A stretch of DNA of 63,894 bases, filler included, from an uncultured Methanosarcinales archaeon (GTDB lineage Archaea > Nanobdellota > Nanobdellia > Woesearchaeales > JAGLXL01), in NCBI GenBank assembly GCA_964472345.1. It is 5 parts of 5 records of this genome, joined end to end, with 100 filler letters (N's around TTAATTAATTAA, not from the genome) between each part and the next. Parts side by side here need not be neighbours in the genome. Positions count along the whole stretch, not along the records: positions 1 to 16,033 come from CAYYLB010000026.1; positions 16,134 to 32,003 come from CAYYLB010000027.1; 3 more parts are not named here. The stretch is one strand, 5' to 3'. A program made the position numbers and the translations under genes. Each line of letters starts with the position of its first letter. Position 1 is the stretch's first letter. Shown here in pieces: positions 8,801 to 18,394 of the stretch. Under the pieces are notes generated by a model, which was not told the origin of the DNA, did no database searches, and saw only the letters and a program-made list of their open reading frames with translations.

Positions 8801-10063
8801 ATGGGAAAGATAGCTCCTGTTTCGTCAAAATATATCATCCATACCGCCATCCAGATTGATGGCGTTGTCGATCGTCCTGATGTCATTGGTGCGATTTTCG
8901 GCCAGACGGAGGGGCTGCTCGGTGCCGACCTTGAGCTCCGCGAATTGCAGCGCTCAGGCCGCATTGGTCGCATCGAAGTGAATGTTAACACAAGTTCGAG
9001 CCGCACCATCGGGGAGATCGCTATCCCCAGTTCGCTCGACAAGGCTGAAACCTGCATTGTCGCTGCCGCACTCGAGGTTATCCAGCGCATAGGGCCATGC
9101 AACGCCAAGATTGAAGTGCGCCAGATTGAGGATGTGCGTGTTTCGAAGCGGACGTTCGTCATTGACCGGGCAAAGGCGCTTCTGCGTCAGCTCACCGACA
9201 CCGTGATGCCTGATTCGCAGGAGCTCGCCGACGAAGTTTCGCAGTCTGTCCGCGTTATGGAAGTTGTGGAATACGGAAGGGAGCGCCTTCCCGCCGGTCC
9301 CACCGTTGACGAAAGCGATGAGATCATCATTGTTGAGGGCAGGGCTGATGTGCTCAACCTCCTCAAGTATGGGATCAAGAATTGCATTGCCATCAATGGC
9401 ACATTCGTTCCCCAGACGGTGAAGGAGCTGAGCGGAAAGAAGACCATTACTGCCTTCGTTGATGGAGACCGTGGTGGCGATCTCATCATCAGGGAGCTGC
9501 TCAGCGTCGCCGAGATAGACTTCGTATGCAGAGCACCGGATGGCAAGGAAGTCGAGGAGCTCACGCAGAAGGAGATTCACAAGGCACTGCGGGGCAAGGT
9601 CACTGCCGAGCAGGTGAAGCTCGACATCTCCCAGAAGCTCGCCGCCGGCGACGACAGCCGCCAGCGTCCCCTCATGCAAAGGAAACCGCTGCTCCCGAAG
9701 CCGGCGCCCCCAAGACCACTGCCGCCATCAAGGCTGATGCCCCCGCGAAGACAGGAGCAGAACGAGCTCACCGCGGCGGAAAAGGGGAAGCTCAAGAGCG
9801 CGCTTGAGGACGTTTTCGGGACGCGCGGAGCGTACCTTTTCGACAGCAGCCTGAATGTGCTCGGGAAAGTTCCCGTCACGGAGCTCGCAACAACGATACG
9901 AAGCGTGGGAAATGTCTACGCAGTCGTCATGGACGGCACGGTGGATCGGGAATTGCTCAAGATCATCGATCAGGCGAACGTCCGCTGCGTCGTTTCTATG
10001 GATGCTCCTGCGAAAGGCACGGAAGCCCGGACACTCGTCCTGACGGACGCAGAGCTCGTCTGA
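8801..10063 (+). CDS. dnaG: archaeal DnaG (DnaG-type primase / exosome-associated RNA-binding protein)
   Basis: [37 protein letters not shown]-terminus; [15 protein letters not shown]...FVDGDRGG. Confidence 0.97.
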   Translation: MGKIAPVSSKYIIHTAIQIDGVVDRPDVIGAIFGQTEGLLGADLELRELQRSGRIGRIEVNVNTSSSRTIGEIAIPSSLDKAETCIVAAALEVIQRIGPCNAKIEVRQIEDVRVSKRTFVIDRAKALLRQLTDTVMPDSQELADEVSQSVRVMEVVEYGRERLPAGPTVDESDEIIIVEGRADVLNLLKYGIKNCIAINGTFVPQTVKELSGKKTITAFVDGDRGGDLIIRELLSVAEIDFVCRAPDGKEVEELTQKEIHKALRGKVTAEQVKLDISQKLAAGDDSRQRPLMQRKPLLPKPAPPRPLPPSRLMPPRRQEQNELTAAEKGKLKSALEDVFGTRGAYLFDSSLNVLGKVPVTELATTIRSVGNVYAVVMDGTVDRELLKIIDQANVRCVVSMDAPAKGTEARTLVLTDAELV

Positions 10064-10177
10064 GCGTTGGAGCAGGCCTGCGCGGGCAACGGTGGAAACG
10101 CAGGCCTTCAATCCTTTTTTTGCTTTCGTGCAGGCTCCGTCGAAAAGATTTAAAAACAGCGCAGCGAACCATCACTC

Positions 10178-11542
10178 ATGCCTTTCGACATTGTGGTTGG
10201 CCGCAGCAGGCAGGACTCCGAAAAATACGGCACCCAAGGCGCCATCCTCATCGGCAAGCAGTACGTGCAGATGGGTGCGGCAACCTCGCTTTCGAATGGT
10301 ATTTTTATCGATGTGATGCGCTCCCATGCTGTCTTCGTCTGCGGGAAGCGCGGCTCCGGAAAAAGCTACTCGATGGGTGTCCTTGCCGAGGGGGTCGCGC
10401 AGATGCCCGAAACCGTGAAACAGAATCTCAGCGTTATTCTCCTGGACACGATGGGCGTCTACTGGACCATGAAGTATGCCAATCACCAGGATGCCGCCTT
10501 GCTGCGCACCTGGGGCCTCGAACCGCAAGGGCTCGGCGTCAAGATTTTCACCCCCGCCGGTGTCTACGACCTCTACAAGGAGAAAGGCATCCCAAGCGAC
10601 GCCCCGTTCGCAATCAAGCCCGCTGACCTGAACGCGGAGGACTGGTGCCTGACATTTGGGCTCGACCCCAACGCGCCTGCAGGCGTTCTCATCGCCCGCA
10701 TTACCGGTGAGCTGCGTGAGCAGAAAAAGGGTTTTAGCCTGCAGGATCTCATGCGGGCTGCTGAGAACGATGGGAAAGGCGATGAGCACACCAAAAACAT
10801 TGTCATCAGCCACTTCCAGCGTGTCGGCGCATGGGGCATCTTCTCGAAGAAAGGCACCTCCATCAAGGAGCTTGCGGTTGCAGGCCAGGTCACCGTCCTG
10901 GATATGAGCCACTATGCGACGCTGCCCAACGGCTGGCTGATCAAGTCACTGGTCATCGGCTTGGTCGCAAAGAAGCTCTTTACCGAGCGTATGCTCGCGC
11001 GGCGCAACGAAGAGCTCGCCCAGGTGACATCTGCCATGCATTACATTGCCCAGGACCTGCCGGAAAAGCTCGAAGAACCGCTCGTCTGGCTCGTCATCGA
11101 CGAAGCGCATGAAATACTCCCCAACGACGGCAGGACGGCCGCGACCGATGCGCTGGTCACCGTCCTCCGTGAAGGCCGCCAGCCCGGCATCAGCCTCGTG
11201 CTCGCCTCACAGCAGCCGGGAAGAATTCATACCGATGTCATCACGCAGAGCGACATTGTCATCGCCCACCGGCTGACCGCGCAGATCGATGTTGACGCCC
11301 TTGGCCAGCTCACGCAGACCTACATGCGCGAGGGGCTTGTGCAGAAGCTTGATACCCTCCCGCGCGTGAACGGCGCTGCCGTCATCTTCGACGACCTTAA
11401 TGAGCGCATCCTTGCGGTTCAGGTCCGCCCCCGCATCACCTGGCACGGCGGCAATGCACCTACCGCGCTTCTGGAATCAGCCAATGTGCCGTTCTCACAA
11501 GCCAAGGCCTTGCAGGGCGAACTCAAGGAAGAACTAGGCTAG
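10178..11542 (+). CDS. HerA/FtsK-like (DUF87) ATPase
   Basis: Walker A GKRGSGKS, Walker B VIDEAH, LREGRQPG, ASQQP. Confidence 0.88.
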   Translation: MPFDIVVGRSRQDSEKYGTQGAILIGKQYVQMGAATSLSNGIFIDVMRSHAVFVCGKRGSGKSYSMGVLAEGVAQMPETVKQNLSVILLDTMGVYWTMKYANHQDAALLRTWGLEPQGLGVKIFTPAGVYDLYKEKGIPSDAPFAIKPADLNAEDWCLTFGLDPNAPAGVLIARITGELREQKKGFSLQDLMRAAENDGKGDEHTKNIVISHFQRVGAWGIFSKKGTSIKELAVAGQVTVLDMSHYATLPNGWLIKSLVIGLVAKKLFTERMLARRNEELAQVTSAMHYIAQDLPEKLEEPLVWLVIDEAHEILPNDGRTAATDALVTVLREGRQPGISLVLASQQPGRIHTDVITQSDIVIAHRLTAQIDVDALGQLTQTYMREGLVQKLDTLPRVNGAAVIFDDLNERILAVQVRPRITWHGGNAPTALLESANVPFSQAKALQGELKEELG

Positions 11543-11603
11543 GCCGCGGCGGCAAGGCACCTGCATCGAAAGGAAAACGGACTTGACAGCGATCGCACCG
11601 CTG

Positions 11604-11810
11604 TCATACCCCGCGCCGCTTCATCGGAATCGGTGCGTAGGTCATGCTCACCAGCGCAGCGACAAACGTTACAGTGAAGAAAACGAGGAACGCAACACCC
11701 CAGTCGCTGCTTCGGGGCAGCACCCAAACGCCCGACACGGCAAGCCCCAGCAGCGCCGTCAGCATGAACGACGCCGGCAACGGTGCGGCCTTCCAGCCTT
11801 TCCATATCAT
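11604..11810 (-). CDS. small two-TM membrane protein
   Basis: SD GAGGTGA upstream; two hydrophobic segments. Confidence 0.75.
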   Translation of the reverse strand: MIWKGWKAAPLPASFMLTALLGLAVSGVWVLPRSSDWGVAFLVFFTVTFVAALVSMTYAPIPMKRRGV

Positions 11811-11984
11811 TCAGATCACCTCATTCCGAAGGGAAGCAAACTCATTTATAAATGCTTTGAGCAAGCACACGTTGGTAGGTAATTCGCTCACGCGGCACTG
11901 CGGCGGCAAGCCAGCACACCCTCAGTGTTTCAATAATGCCAGAGCGCAACAACCTTTAAAAACAGCCGTCCCCTTTCTCGGCGC

Positions 11985-12734
11985 ATGGTTGGGCTGTATG
12001 AGATGCGCTCGCGGCTGGGGCATTATTTCGCCTTCAGCACAAAAGAGATATGGGAATTGCTTGCGGTCACTGCAATCCTCGGCTTCGTGTTCTCGTTCCG
12101 TGATTGGGGGAGCGGCGGACAGGTTGATGCTGCCGCAGGAATCTGGCACCTGCTGCTGATGATGGCCATCGCTGCGACTGCGTTGTTCGCACATGAGTCA
12201 GCACATCGCGTGCTGGCGCTCTATCAGGGACTAAAGACGGAGTTCAAGATCTGGTGGGGCGGGCTGGTGACAGGCCTCATCCTGGTGTTTGCTTCGAACG
12301 GATTGGTCCAGGTCGCGCTGCCGGGCGGGATGGTAACTTCATTGCTGGTGAGGACGCGCGTGGGGGAGTTCCGCTACGGGCTGAAGGAGTTCGAGCACGG
12401 CGTCATTGCGCTCGCCGGCCCGCTGGCGAACCTTGCGCTTGCGTTCGCCGCGAAACTGCTGCTTTCCGCGGTACCGGACAGCTGGTTCCTGCAGAAGATG
12501 CTGTTCTTCAACGTGGTGCTCGCGGTCTGCACGATGCTGCCGATACCGCCGCTGGACGGCATCACCACGTTCTGGGGCGGACGGGTGCTGTACGCGCTGT
12601 CGTTCTTCGGCATCCTCGGCGCGGCGGTTTTCCTGTACTTCACGAGCATCGCACTTGCGGTGATCGGCGGCATCATCGTGATGCTCCTTGCGACACTCCT
12701 CTATTATTTCATCGTGGAGGCGCGCCCTGAATGA
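11985..12734 (+). CDS. M50/site-2-type membrane metalloprotease
   Basis: HESAH, AGPLAN, LPIPPLDG motifs; multiple TMs. Confidence 0.88.
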   Translation: MVGLYEMRSRLGHYFAFSTKEIWELLAVTAILGFVFSFRDWGSGGQVDAAAGIWHLLLMMAIAATALFAHESAHRVLALYQGLKTEFKIWWGGLVTGLILVFASNGLVQVALPGGMVTSLLVRTRVGEFRYGLKEFEHGVIALAGPLANLALAFAAKLLLSAVPDSWFLQKMLFFNVVLAVCTMLPIPPLDGITTFWGGRVLYALSFFGILGAAVFLYFTSIALAVIGGIIVMLLATLLYYFIVEARPE

Positions 12735-13081
12735 AACCGGGCGAGTTCCTCATTGATTATTGGGTGGAAGTGCTGGCGGCAGCGCTGCTGCTGATCGGCT
12801 TCCTCATCGCTTTGGTGCTGCGGAGCGCGGCGATGCATTATGTTATTATTTTTGTCGCCGGCCTGCTGTGCGGGCGCGTCGTGTATGAGAAGTACCGCCA
12901 CCAGCCGATCCTGCCGTTCATCCTCATCATCATCGGGTTCCTGCTCGGATTCATGCTCGGAGCGATCATCGCGAACAAGAAGGTTATTTTCGCCCTTTTC
13001 CTGCTCGGCGCAGGGGTGTCCTACTGGGCGCACCGGAAAGGGTACATCGGGTTCTTCAAGGAGGAAGGGTTCATCAAGTGA
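12731..13081 (+). CDS. four-TM membrane protein
   Basis: ATGA overlap with the M50 gene; hydrophobic. Confidence 0.8.
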   Translation: MKPGEFLIDYWVEVLAAALLLIGFLIALVLRSAAMHYVIIFVAGLLCGRVVYEKYRHQPILPFILIIIGFLLGFMLGAIIANKKVIFALFLLGAGVSYWAHRKGYIGFFKEEGFIK

Positions 13082-13230
13082 TTGGATCGCGCCGGCATGA
13101 TTCGCTGACGCACCTGCTGCGTACCACTGAAAAAAAGGTGAATGACCTGCTGCTCATTCTCACAGCGAACAGATAACCGAGAGCGCGCTGCCCACATAAC
13201 TATTTAAAGAACGGGGGCTCTCCGAGCGTC

Positions 13231-13419
13231 ATGGTCACGCAAGAGGAGTTCGGATCGCTCGTGGCTGAGTACGAGGGTTTCCGCGACACGATGCTCGATG
13301 AAATTACCGGGCTGCGGGAAGAGCTCGAGAACCTCAAGGAAGAGCTTAAGGAGCTGAAGCAGATGCTGGCATCGGAGTTCGATCTTGATCGGGCGCAACG
13401 GCGGCTGGTGTTGCGATAA
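13231..13419 (+). CDS. small acidic coiled-coil protein
   Basis: TATA TTTAAA at ~13203; heptad pattern. Confidence 0.65.
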   Translation: MVTQEEFGSLVAEYEGFRDTMLDEITGLREELENLKEELKELKQMLASEFDLDRAQRRLVLR

Positions 13420-13450
13420 TCTTTTAAAGCTCTTTTTCTGCAGCAGGCGG

Positions 13451-15640
13451 ATGCTCCGTGATTTCACGCCGCGGCTGTACCAGCAGACGATTCTCGGGAC
13501 CGCTGCGCTGAAGAACACGCTTGTCGTGCTGCCGACGGGGCTGGGGAAGACGGCTATCGCAGTGATGCTCGCTTCCCAGCGGCTGATGCAGTATCCGGGC
13601 TCGAAAGTGCTGTTCCTCACGCCGACCAAGCCGCTGGCGGAGCAGCACCTTGCAACACTTGAGCAGCATCTTGGGCTGCCGAAGGAAGCGTACGCGTTGT
13701 TCACGGGAGCGGTAAGCCCCGCGGAGCGAGCAGCCCTGTGGCAAAAAGCGCAGATCATCGTCGGGACTCCGCAAGGCGTGGAGAATGACGTGCTCGGCAA
13801 CAAGATCGAGCTTGCGCACGTGAGCCTGCTTGTGCTGGATGAAGCACATCACGCGACGGGCGACTACAGCTATTGTTTCCTGGCGAAGCAGTATGCCGCC
13901 CGAGCCCGTTTTCCGCGCATCCTCGGGCTGACCGCCTCGCCCGGCTCAGATCTGGAGAAGATCCGCGAGGTGTGCATGAACCTGTTCGTTGAAGCGGTGG
14001 AAGTGCGGACGCTGCAGGATGCGGACGTCGCGCCCCACGTGCGGGATATCACCACTGAGTGGATTGGGGTGGAGCTGCCGGAGCCGCTGGCGGAGGTGCA
14101 GAAGCTGCTCGCGGACTGCCTGCGGGTGAAAATGGCGGCGGTGCAGCGGCTCGGCTATGCGCAGCAGCTGCAGATGTCACGGAAAGAGCTGCTGCAGCTG
14201 CAGGCGCAGCTCCATGGGGAGATTGCACAAGGCGCGTATGATGAAGCACTGCTGCGCGCGGTTTCGCTGGTCGCGGAAGCGCTGAAGGTATATCATGCAC
14301 TTGAGCTGCTGGAGACGCAGGGGATTACGGCGCTGTCCAACTACCTGCAGAAGCTTGAGGCTGAGGCACGACAGGGAAAGAGCAAGGCTGCACGGAACCT
14401 TGCGGCTGACGCGCTGTTCAAATCCGCATGTGTTCGGACGGCGCGGCTTGTTGAGGCGAATGTGGAGCATCCGAAGCTGGCGAAGGCGGCGGCGATCGTG
14501 CAGGAAGAGCTTGCACGGGATCCGCAGGGAAAAATTATCATATTCACCCAGTACCGCGATTCGGGGGTTGGGGTTGTGAAGGCGCTGCAGCAGCTGCCGG
14601 CGGTGCGGGCTGCGCTCTTCGTCGGCCAGGCGAAGCGCGGAGAGACGGGGCTGAGCCAGAAGGAGCAGAAAGCGATGCTCGATGAGTTCCGCACGGGAAA
14701 GGCGAATGCCCTCGTGTGCACATCAGTCGGCGAAGAAGGGCTTGACATCCCTGCGGTCGATCTGGTGCTGTTCTATGAGCCGATCCCCAGCGCGATACGG
14801 CACATCCAGCGGCGCGGCAGAACCGGCAGGCAGCAGGCGGGAAGGGTGCTCGTGCTCGTTACGAAAGGGACACGGGATGAGGCGTACCGCTGGGCAGCGC
14901 ACCACAAGGAAAAACGGATGCATCATGTGCTCAGGCAGCTCAAGCGCGGGCTTGCGGTCACCCCGGTGAAGATGCCGGTGCAGCAGGCTGCCGGGCAGCA
15001 GGTGCAGGTCATTGCTGATTATCGTGAGAAAGGCTCCGAGGTCATGAAGCAGCTCATCGAGCTTGGACTGGTGCTCCGGCTCGAGAAGCTACAGGCTGCG
15101 GATTACCTGTGCTCGGCGCAGTGCGCGATCGAGTTCAAGACCGTCGAGGATTTTGTGAGCTCTCTCATCGACGGAAGGCTGCTTGAGCAGCTGAAGGAGC
15201 TGAAGCGGAACTTCGCGAAGCCGCTTGTCATTGTGCAGGGAACGCAGGACATCTACGCGGTGCGGAAAGTGCACCCCAATGCCATCCGCGGTATGCTCGC
15301 GACCATCGCGGTGAGCTTCGGCATCCCGATCCTGCAGACGAAGAGCGCGCTTGAGACGGCTGGCCTGCTTGCGGTCATCGCGCGGAGGGAGCAGGACACA
15401 AGCCGCGATGTGAGTTTGCACGCGAAGAAGCCGCTGACGCTGGCGGAGCAGCAGGAGTACCTGGTGTCTGCGCTGCCGGGCGTCGGGCTGAAGATGGCGC
15501 AGGCGCTGCTGAAGCATTTCGGGACGGTGGAGAAGCTGGCGGCGGCAACAGCCGAAGAGCTGAAGAATGTGGAAGGGATCGGCGAAGTGATGGCGCAAAG
15601 GATACGGGAGGTGCTGGAGAAGGATTACAGGAAGGGTTGA
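13451..15640 (+). CDS. hef: Hef helicase/nuclease (SF2 helicase + ERCC4 nuclease + HhH)
   Basis: LPTGLGKT, DEAHH, GLTASP, QRRGRTGR, ERCC4-type ADYLC..IEFKT, C-terminal HhH LPGVG/VEGIG. Confidence 0.95.
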   Translation: MLRDFTPRLYQQTILGTAALKNTLVVLPTGLGKTAIAVMLASQRLMQYPGSKVLFLTPTKPLAEQHLATLEQHLGLPKEAYALFTGAVSPAERAALWQKAQIIVGTPQGVENDVLGNKIELAHVSLLVLDEAHHATGDYSYCFLAKQYAARARFPRILGLTASPGSDLEKIREVCMNLFVEAVEVRTLQDADVAPHVRDITTEWIGVELPEPLAEVQKLLADCLRVKMAAVQRLGYAQQLQMSRKELLQLQAQLHGEIAQGAYDEALLRAVSLVAEALKVYHALELLETQGITALSNYLQKLEAEARQGKSKAARNLAADALFKSACVRTARLVEANVEHPKLAKAAAIVQEELARDPQGKIIIFTQYRDSGVGVVKALQQLPAVRAALFVGQAKRGETGLSQKEQKAMLDEFRTGKANALVCTSVGEEGLDIPAVDLVLFYEPIPSAIRHIQRRGRTGRQQAGRVLVLVTKGTRDEAYRWAAHHKEKRMHHVLRQLKRGLAVTPVKMPVQQAAGQQVQVIADYREKGSEVMKQLIELGLVLRLEKLQAADYLCSAQCAIEFKTVEDFVSSLIDGRLLEQLKELKRNFAKPLVIVQGTQDIYAVRKVHPNAIRGMLATIAVSFGIPILQTKSALETAGLLAVIARREQDTSRDVSLHAKKPLTLAEQQEYLVSALPGVGLKMAQALLKHFGTVEKLAAATAEELKNVEGIGEVMAQRIREVLEKDYRKG

Positions 15641-15690
15641 GTTATGTGCATAACAGAAGTATTTTATCAGTTCTTCTGTTTTATAAAAAA

Positions 15691-15927
15691 CTAAAACACA
15701 TCGCTCGCAATCAGCGTCTCCGTCCCCGTGATGCCTTCGACCTTCCGCACCTTCTCGACGAAGTCGCGCAGGTCCGCCATCGTCTTCGCCCTGATCTTGA
15801 TGATGATGTCCCACTGGCCGTAGAGCTGGTGCATGTTCTCCACTTCCTTGAGTTTCATAAGCCGCTGGCTCACGGCGTCGATCCTGCCGCGGGCGACGGT
15901 GGCAAGCATATAGGCAAGGGCGGGCAT
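15691..15927 (-). CDS. Lrp/AsnC ligand-binding (RAM) domain protein
   Basis: LYGQWDIIIKI...IRKV-like EKVRKVEGITGTETLI; start ATG 15927. Confidence 0.88.
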   Translation of the reverse strand: MPALAYMLATVARGRIDAVSQRLMKLKEVENMHQLYGQWDIIIKIRAKTMADLRDFVEKVRKVEGITGTETLIASDVF

Positions 15928-16033
15928 AGGCAAGAGTGGGGCGCTCGGGCTTTTAAAGATTTCCTTGAAAATCACACATTGTTTAGTATCGTAATTGCGT
16001 AACATTCTTATGTGTTTATAAACAATGAAATCA

Positions 16034-16133
16034 NNNNNNNNNNNNNNNNNNNNNNNNNNNNNNNNNNNNNNNNNNNNTTAATTAATTAANNNNNNNNNNN
16101 NNNNNNNNNNNNNNNNNNNNNNNNNNNNNNNNN
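16034..16133. other. artificial contig linker
   Basis: N-run TTAATTAATTAA N-run (six-frame stop linker). Confidence 0.99.
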
Positions 16134-16629
16134 TCGTTCCCGCGCTGGTCTTGCCGTGGAAGACGCGCGAGCGCTGCTTCTGCGCGCAAATCCAGTTGAT
16201 GCGCGCGTCCGCCTTGATCACGGGATGCTCGGGATCGACAAGGATCACCTCATGCCATATCTGCTTGCCGTCCTTCGCGAGCATGTAGCTGTTCAGCACG
16301 ACAAGGTTGGGATATTTGCGCTGCACGCGCTCTTCTGCAATCAGGCGGTAGTTCTTCCGCAGGGCAAGCGAGTGGTAGAAATGTGATGGCTTGCGCCCTG
16401 CGCGGATCATTGGGCGCTCATGCCCGCCGCGCGGCACGCGCTGCCGCACCATGACGAACCCCTGCTTTGCGCGATACCCCAGCGAGCGTGCGCGGTCGAT
16501 CCGTGTTGGGCGCTCGATGCGTGTCGTCGCGTTCTCGCGCCGCCACTGCATCAGGCGCTGCTTCCACAGCTCGCCAAGGTGCTCCCGCGGCCTGGTCCAC
16601 GCCTCCCGAACATGCTGGTATAGTCCCAT
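16134..16629 (-). CDS. rpl15e: 50S ribosomal protein L15e (3' truncated by contig end)
   Basis: RIERPTRIDRARSLGYRAKQG...VLNSY...HEVILVDP. Confidence 0.96.
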
Positions 16630-16808
16630 AGGGCCTCCATTGCTTCTTCACGGCGGGAATTCTCGCAAGCCACGCGAACATCTTCCCGCGGGCAGCAGTT
16701 GCGCAGGGTTGTTTAAAAAGGTTGCGGGTACTTTGGCTTTGCCCTAAAAGTCTCCAATAACTCCGACTTCTTGGGCAGGCAGTAAGAAAGGATATTCTTG
16801 CCAGTTTT

Positions 16809-16970
16809 TCACATACCCGATGATAAAAATAAAAGCAAAACGGAGAATAATACCTGAATTGTCGCAAATATCCATACCGCTCTTTTTTTCCTTAAAAAAA
16901 CAACGGTCGAGAACGGGATTATATTAACAACAAACAATACAAAAACGATTACCATCAGTGCTTCGGTCAT
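16809..16970 (-). CDS. 53-aa membrane protein
   Basis: MTEALMVIVFVLFVVNIIPFSTVVFLRKKRAVWIFATIQVLFSVLLLFLSSGM; ATGA overlap with the upstream ORF. Confidence 0.55.
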   Translation of the reverse strand: MTEALMVIVFVLFVVNIIPFSTVVFLRKKRAVWIFATIQVLFSVLLLFLSSGM

Positions 16971-17161
16971 TTTAACAGCCTCTCAAGTACCGCAATCACT
17001 ATTGAAATGAGCCCAAATAAGGTGCCCCCCATAAATATGAAATTTTTGTTATTTAATACGAACCCCATAAATGCTATTATTGAACTGAAGATGCCAAATA
17101 CAAATAATGTTAGCCCTATAAAGACACCTACGTCTATTTTTCCTTTTTTTTCTGCGGTCAT
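16967..17161 (-). CDS. small two-TM membrane protein
   Basis: 64-aa ORF, two hydrophobic helices, AT-rich. Confidence 0.7.
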   Translation of the reverse strand: MTAEKKGKIDVGVFIGLTLFVFGIFSSIIAFMGFVLNNKNFIFMGGTLFGLISIVIAVLERLLK

Positions 17162-17299
17162 ATCCCATTACTATACCCCCACCTATTTAATATTTTCCCC
17201 ATTATCAGGCAGAACTCGGACTTCTTGGGCAGAGGCTACTTATTGGGCAAAGCCTCCTCTTCCGCCATCTTTTTAAACCTCGCACCTCTTGCATGCCGC

Positions 17300-17821
17300 A
17301 TGGCGTTTCTCCGCGTCAAGAGGATTAAAGGCAGGGAGTACTGCTACCTCGTCGAGAACCGCTGGTCGCGGCGCAAAGGGGTGCGGCAGCGCGTGAAGGC
17401 GTACCTCGGGCCGGTGGTGCGCCTCCCGGGCGCAGGGCCTGGTTTCCGGGAATTTCATCGCACGCAGCCGGAAACGCTCCTCAGCGGCAAGGATCCTGCA
17501 GCGATTGTGCGCGACGTCATCCGCGGGGAGCTCGAGCGCGCCGGGTTCGTGCAGGACAGGACGGTCTGCCGCAAGGCGGCAGGGAGCGACACCCTGTTTT
17601 TCAACCTGCAGACGCACAAGGCCCTCCGCAACGGGCAGGAGATCGTCCTCGCGCTCAACGACGGCTACCTCTGCCGGTTTACCGTCAGGCGGATCCTTGC
17701 ATTTGACGCGAGCGGCGACGCGGCAGTCGACAGCATGCCGTTCGCGCGGCTGCTTGTTGACGCCGGACTCTCGCCGCCGCCGGCGATTGCTGCTGCGCTT
17801 TACCAGATGCTCGGGAAGTGA
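17300..17821 (+). CDS. hypothetical protein
   Basis: MAFLRVKRIKGREYCYLVENRW...VRQRVKAYLG N-terminal motif; TATA at ~17271. Confidence 0.75.
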   Translation: MAFLRVKRIKGREYCYLVENRWSRRKGVRQRVKAYLGPVVRLPGAGPGFREFHRTQPETLLSGKDPAAIVRDVIRGELERAGFVQDRTVCRKAAGSDTLFFNLQTHKALRNGQEIVLALNDGYLCRFTVRRILAFDASGDAAVDSMPFARLLVDAGLSPPPAIAAALYQMLGK

Positions 17822-17897
17822 GATGAGGCAAAACGGCAAAGCAGGCCACCAATATTTAAATACCACAGGTGTTTCTCCCCTGCGCGAGGTGGTCATA

Positions 17898-18389
17898 GTG
17901 AAACAAACTCCCTTCGTGAAACGCAATCTCCTGCTTGGATGCTTGTTGGTTATCAGTTTATTGCTGCTCAGCGCCTGCGGAACGACGCAGCCCGCGGCCC
18001 CAGCCGCTCCTGCTGCTCCTGTGCAGCCTGCTGCCCCTGTCGCAGAGCCCGCTCCGGCAGCGCCGCCTCCATCTGCCCCAGCCGCTCCTGCGGCGCCAGC
18101 TCAGCAGCAGCCTGCTGCACCTTCAGCGGTGCCGGCAACGCATGAGGTGACCATCAGGGGCTTTGCCATGAACCCCCGCGAGCTCACCATAAGGGCCGGC
18201 GATACGGTGCGATGGACGAATGAAGACTCCACTGCCCATACCTCGACCGCGGATGACGGCACGTGGGACTCCGACCGGCTCGGGAAGGGAGAGTCTTTCA
18301 GCTTCACCTTCACGGGCAAGGGCACGTACACGTACCACTGCACGCCCCATCGCGGCAGCATGAACGGCTACAGGATCATCGTCGAGTGA
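17898..18389 (+). CDS. plastocyanin/amicyanin-like blue copper lipoprotein
   Basis: SD GAGGTGG, lipobox LLSAC, Pro/Ala linker, cupredoxin domain with HTST and YHCTPH...M ligands. Confidence 0.9.
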   Translation: MKQTPFVKRNLLLGCLLVISLLLLSACGTTQPAAPAAPAAPVQPAAPVAEPAPAAPPPSAPAAPAAPAQQQPAAPSAVPATHEVTIRGFAMNPRELTIRAGDTVRWTNEDSTAHTSTADDGTWDSDRLGKGESFSFTFTGKGTYTYHCTPHRGSMNGYRIIVE

Positions 18390-18394
18390 GCGCC

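Larger units (their letters stand above)
16735..17254. mobile_element. small low-GC cassette bounded by inverted and direct repeats
   Basis: 17-bp IR with 2 mismatches (16735-16751 / 17238-17254); 20-bp DR with 1 mismatch (16759-16778 / 17213-17232); AT-rich interior. Confidence 0.5.

Noticed and set aside
16034..16133. Repeated TTAATTAATTAA motif in N runs (also 32004, 46652, 61208)
   Set aside because: Artificial six-frame-stop contig linker, not biology; gene adjacency across it is not evidence of linkage.
17300..17821. IS1634-like N-terminal motif suggesting a transposase
   Set aside because: The protein is only ~173 aa, with no DDE domain and no enclosing TIRs.
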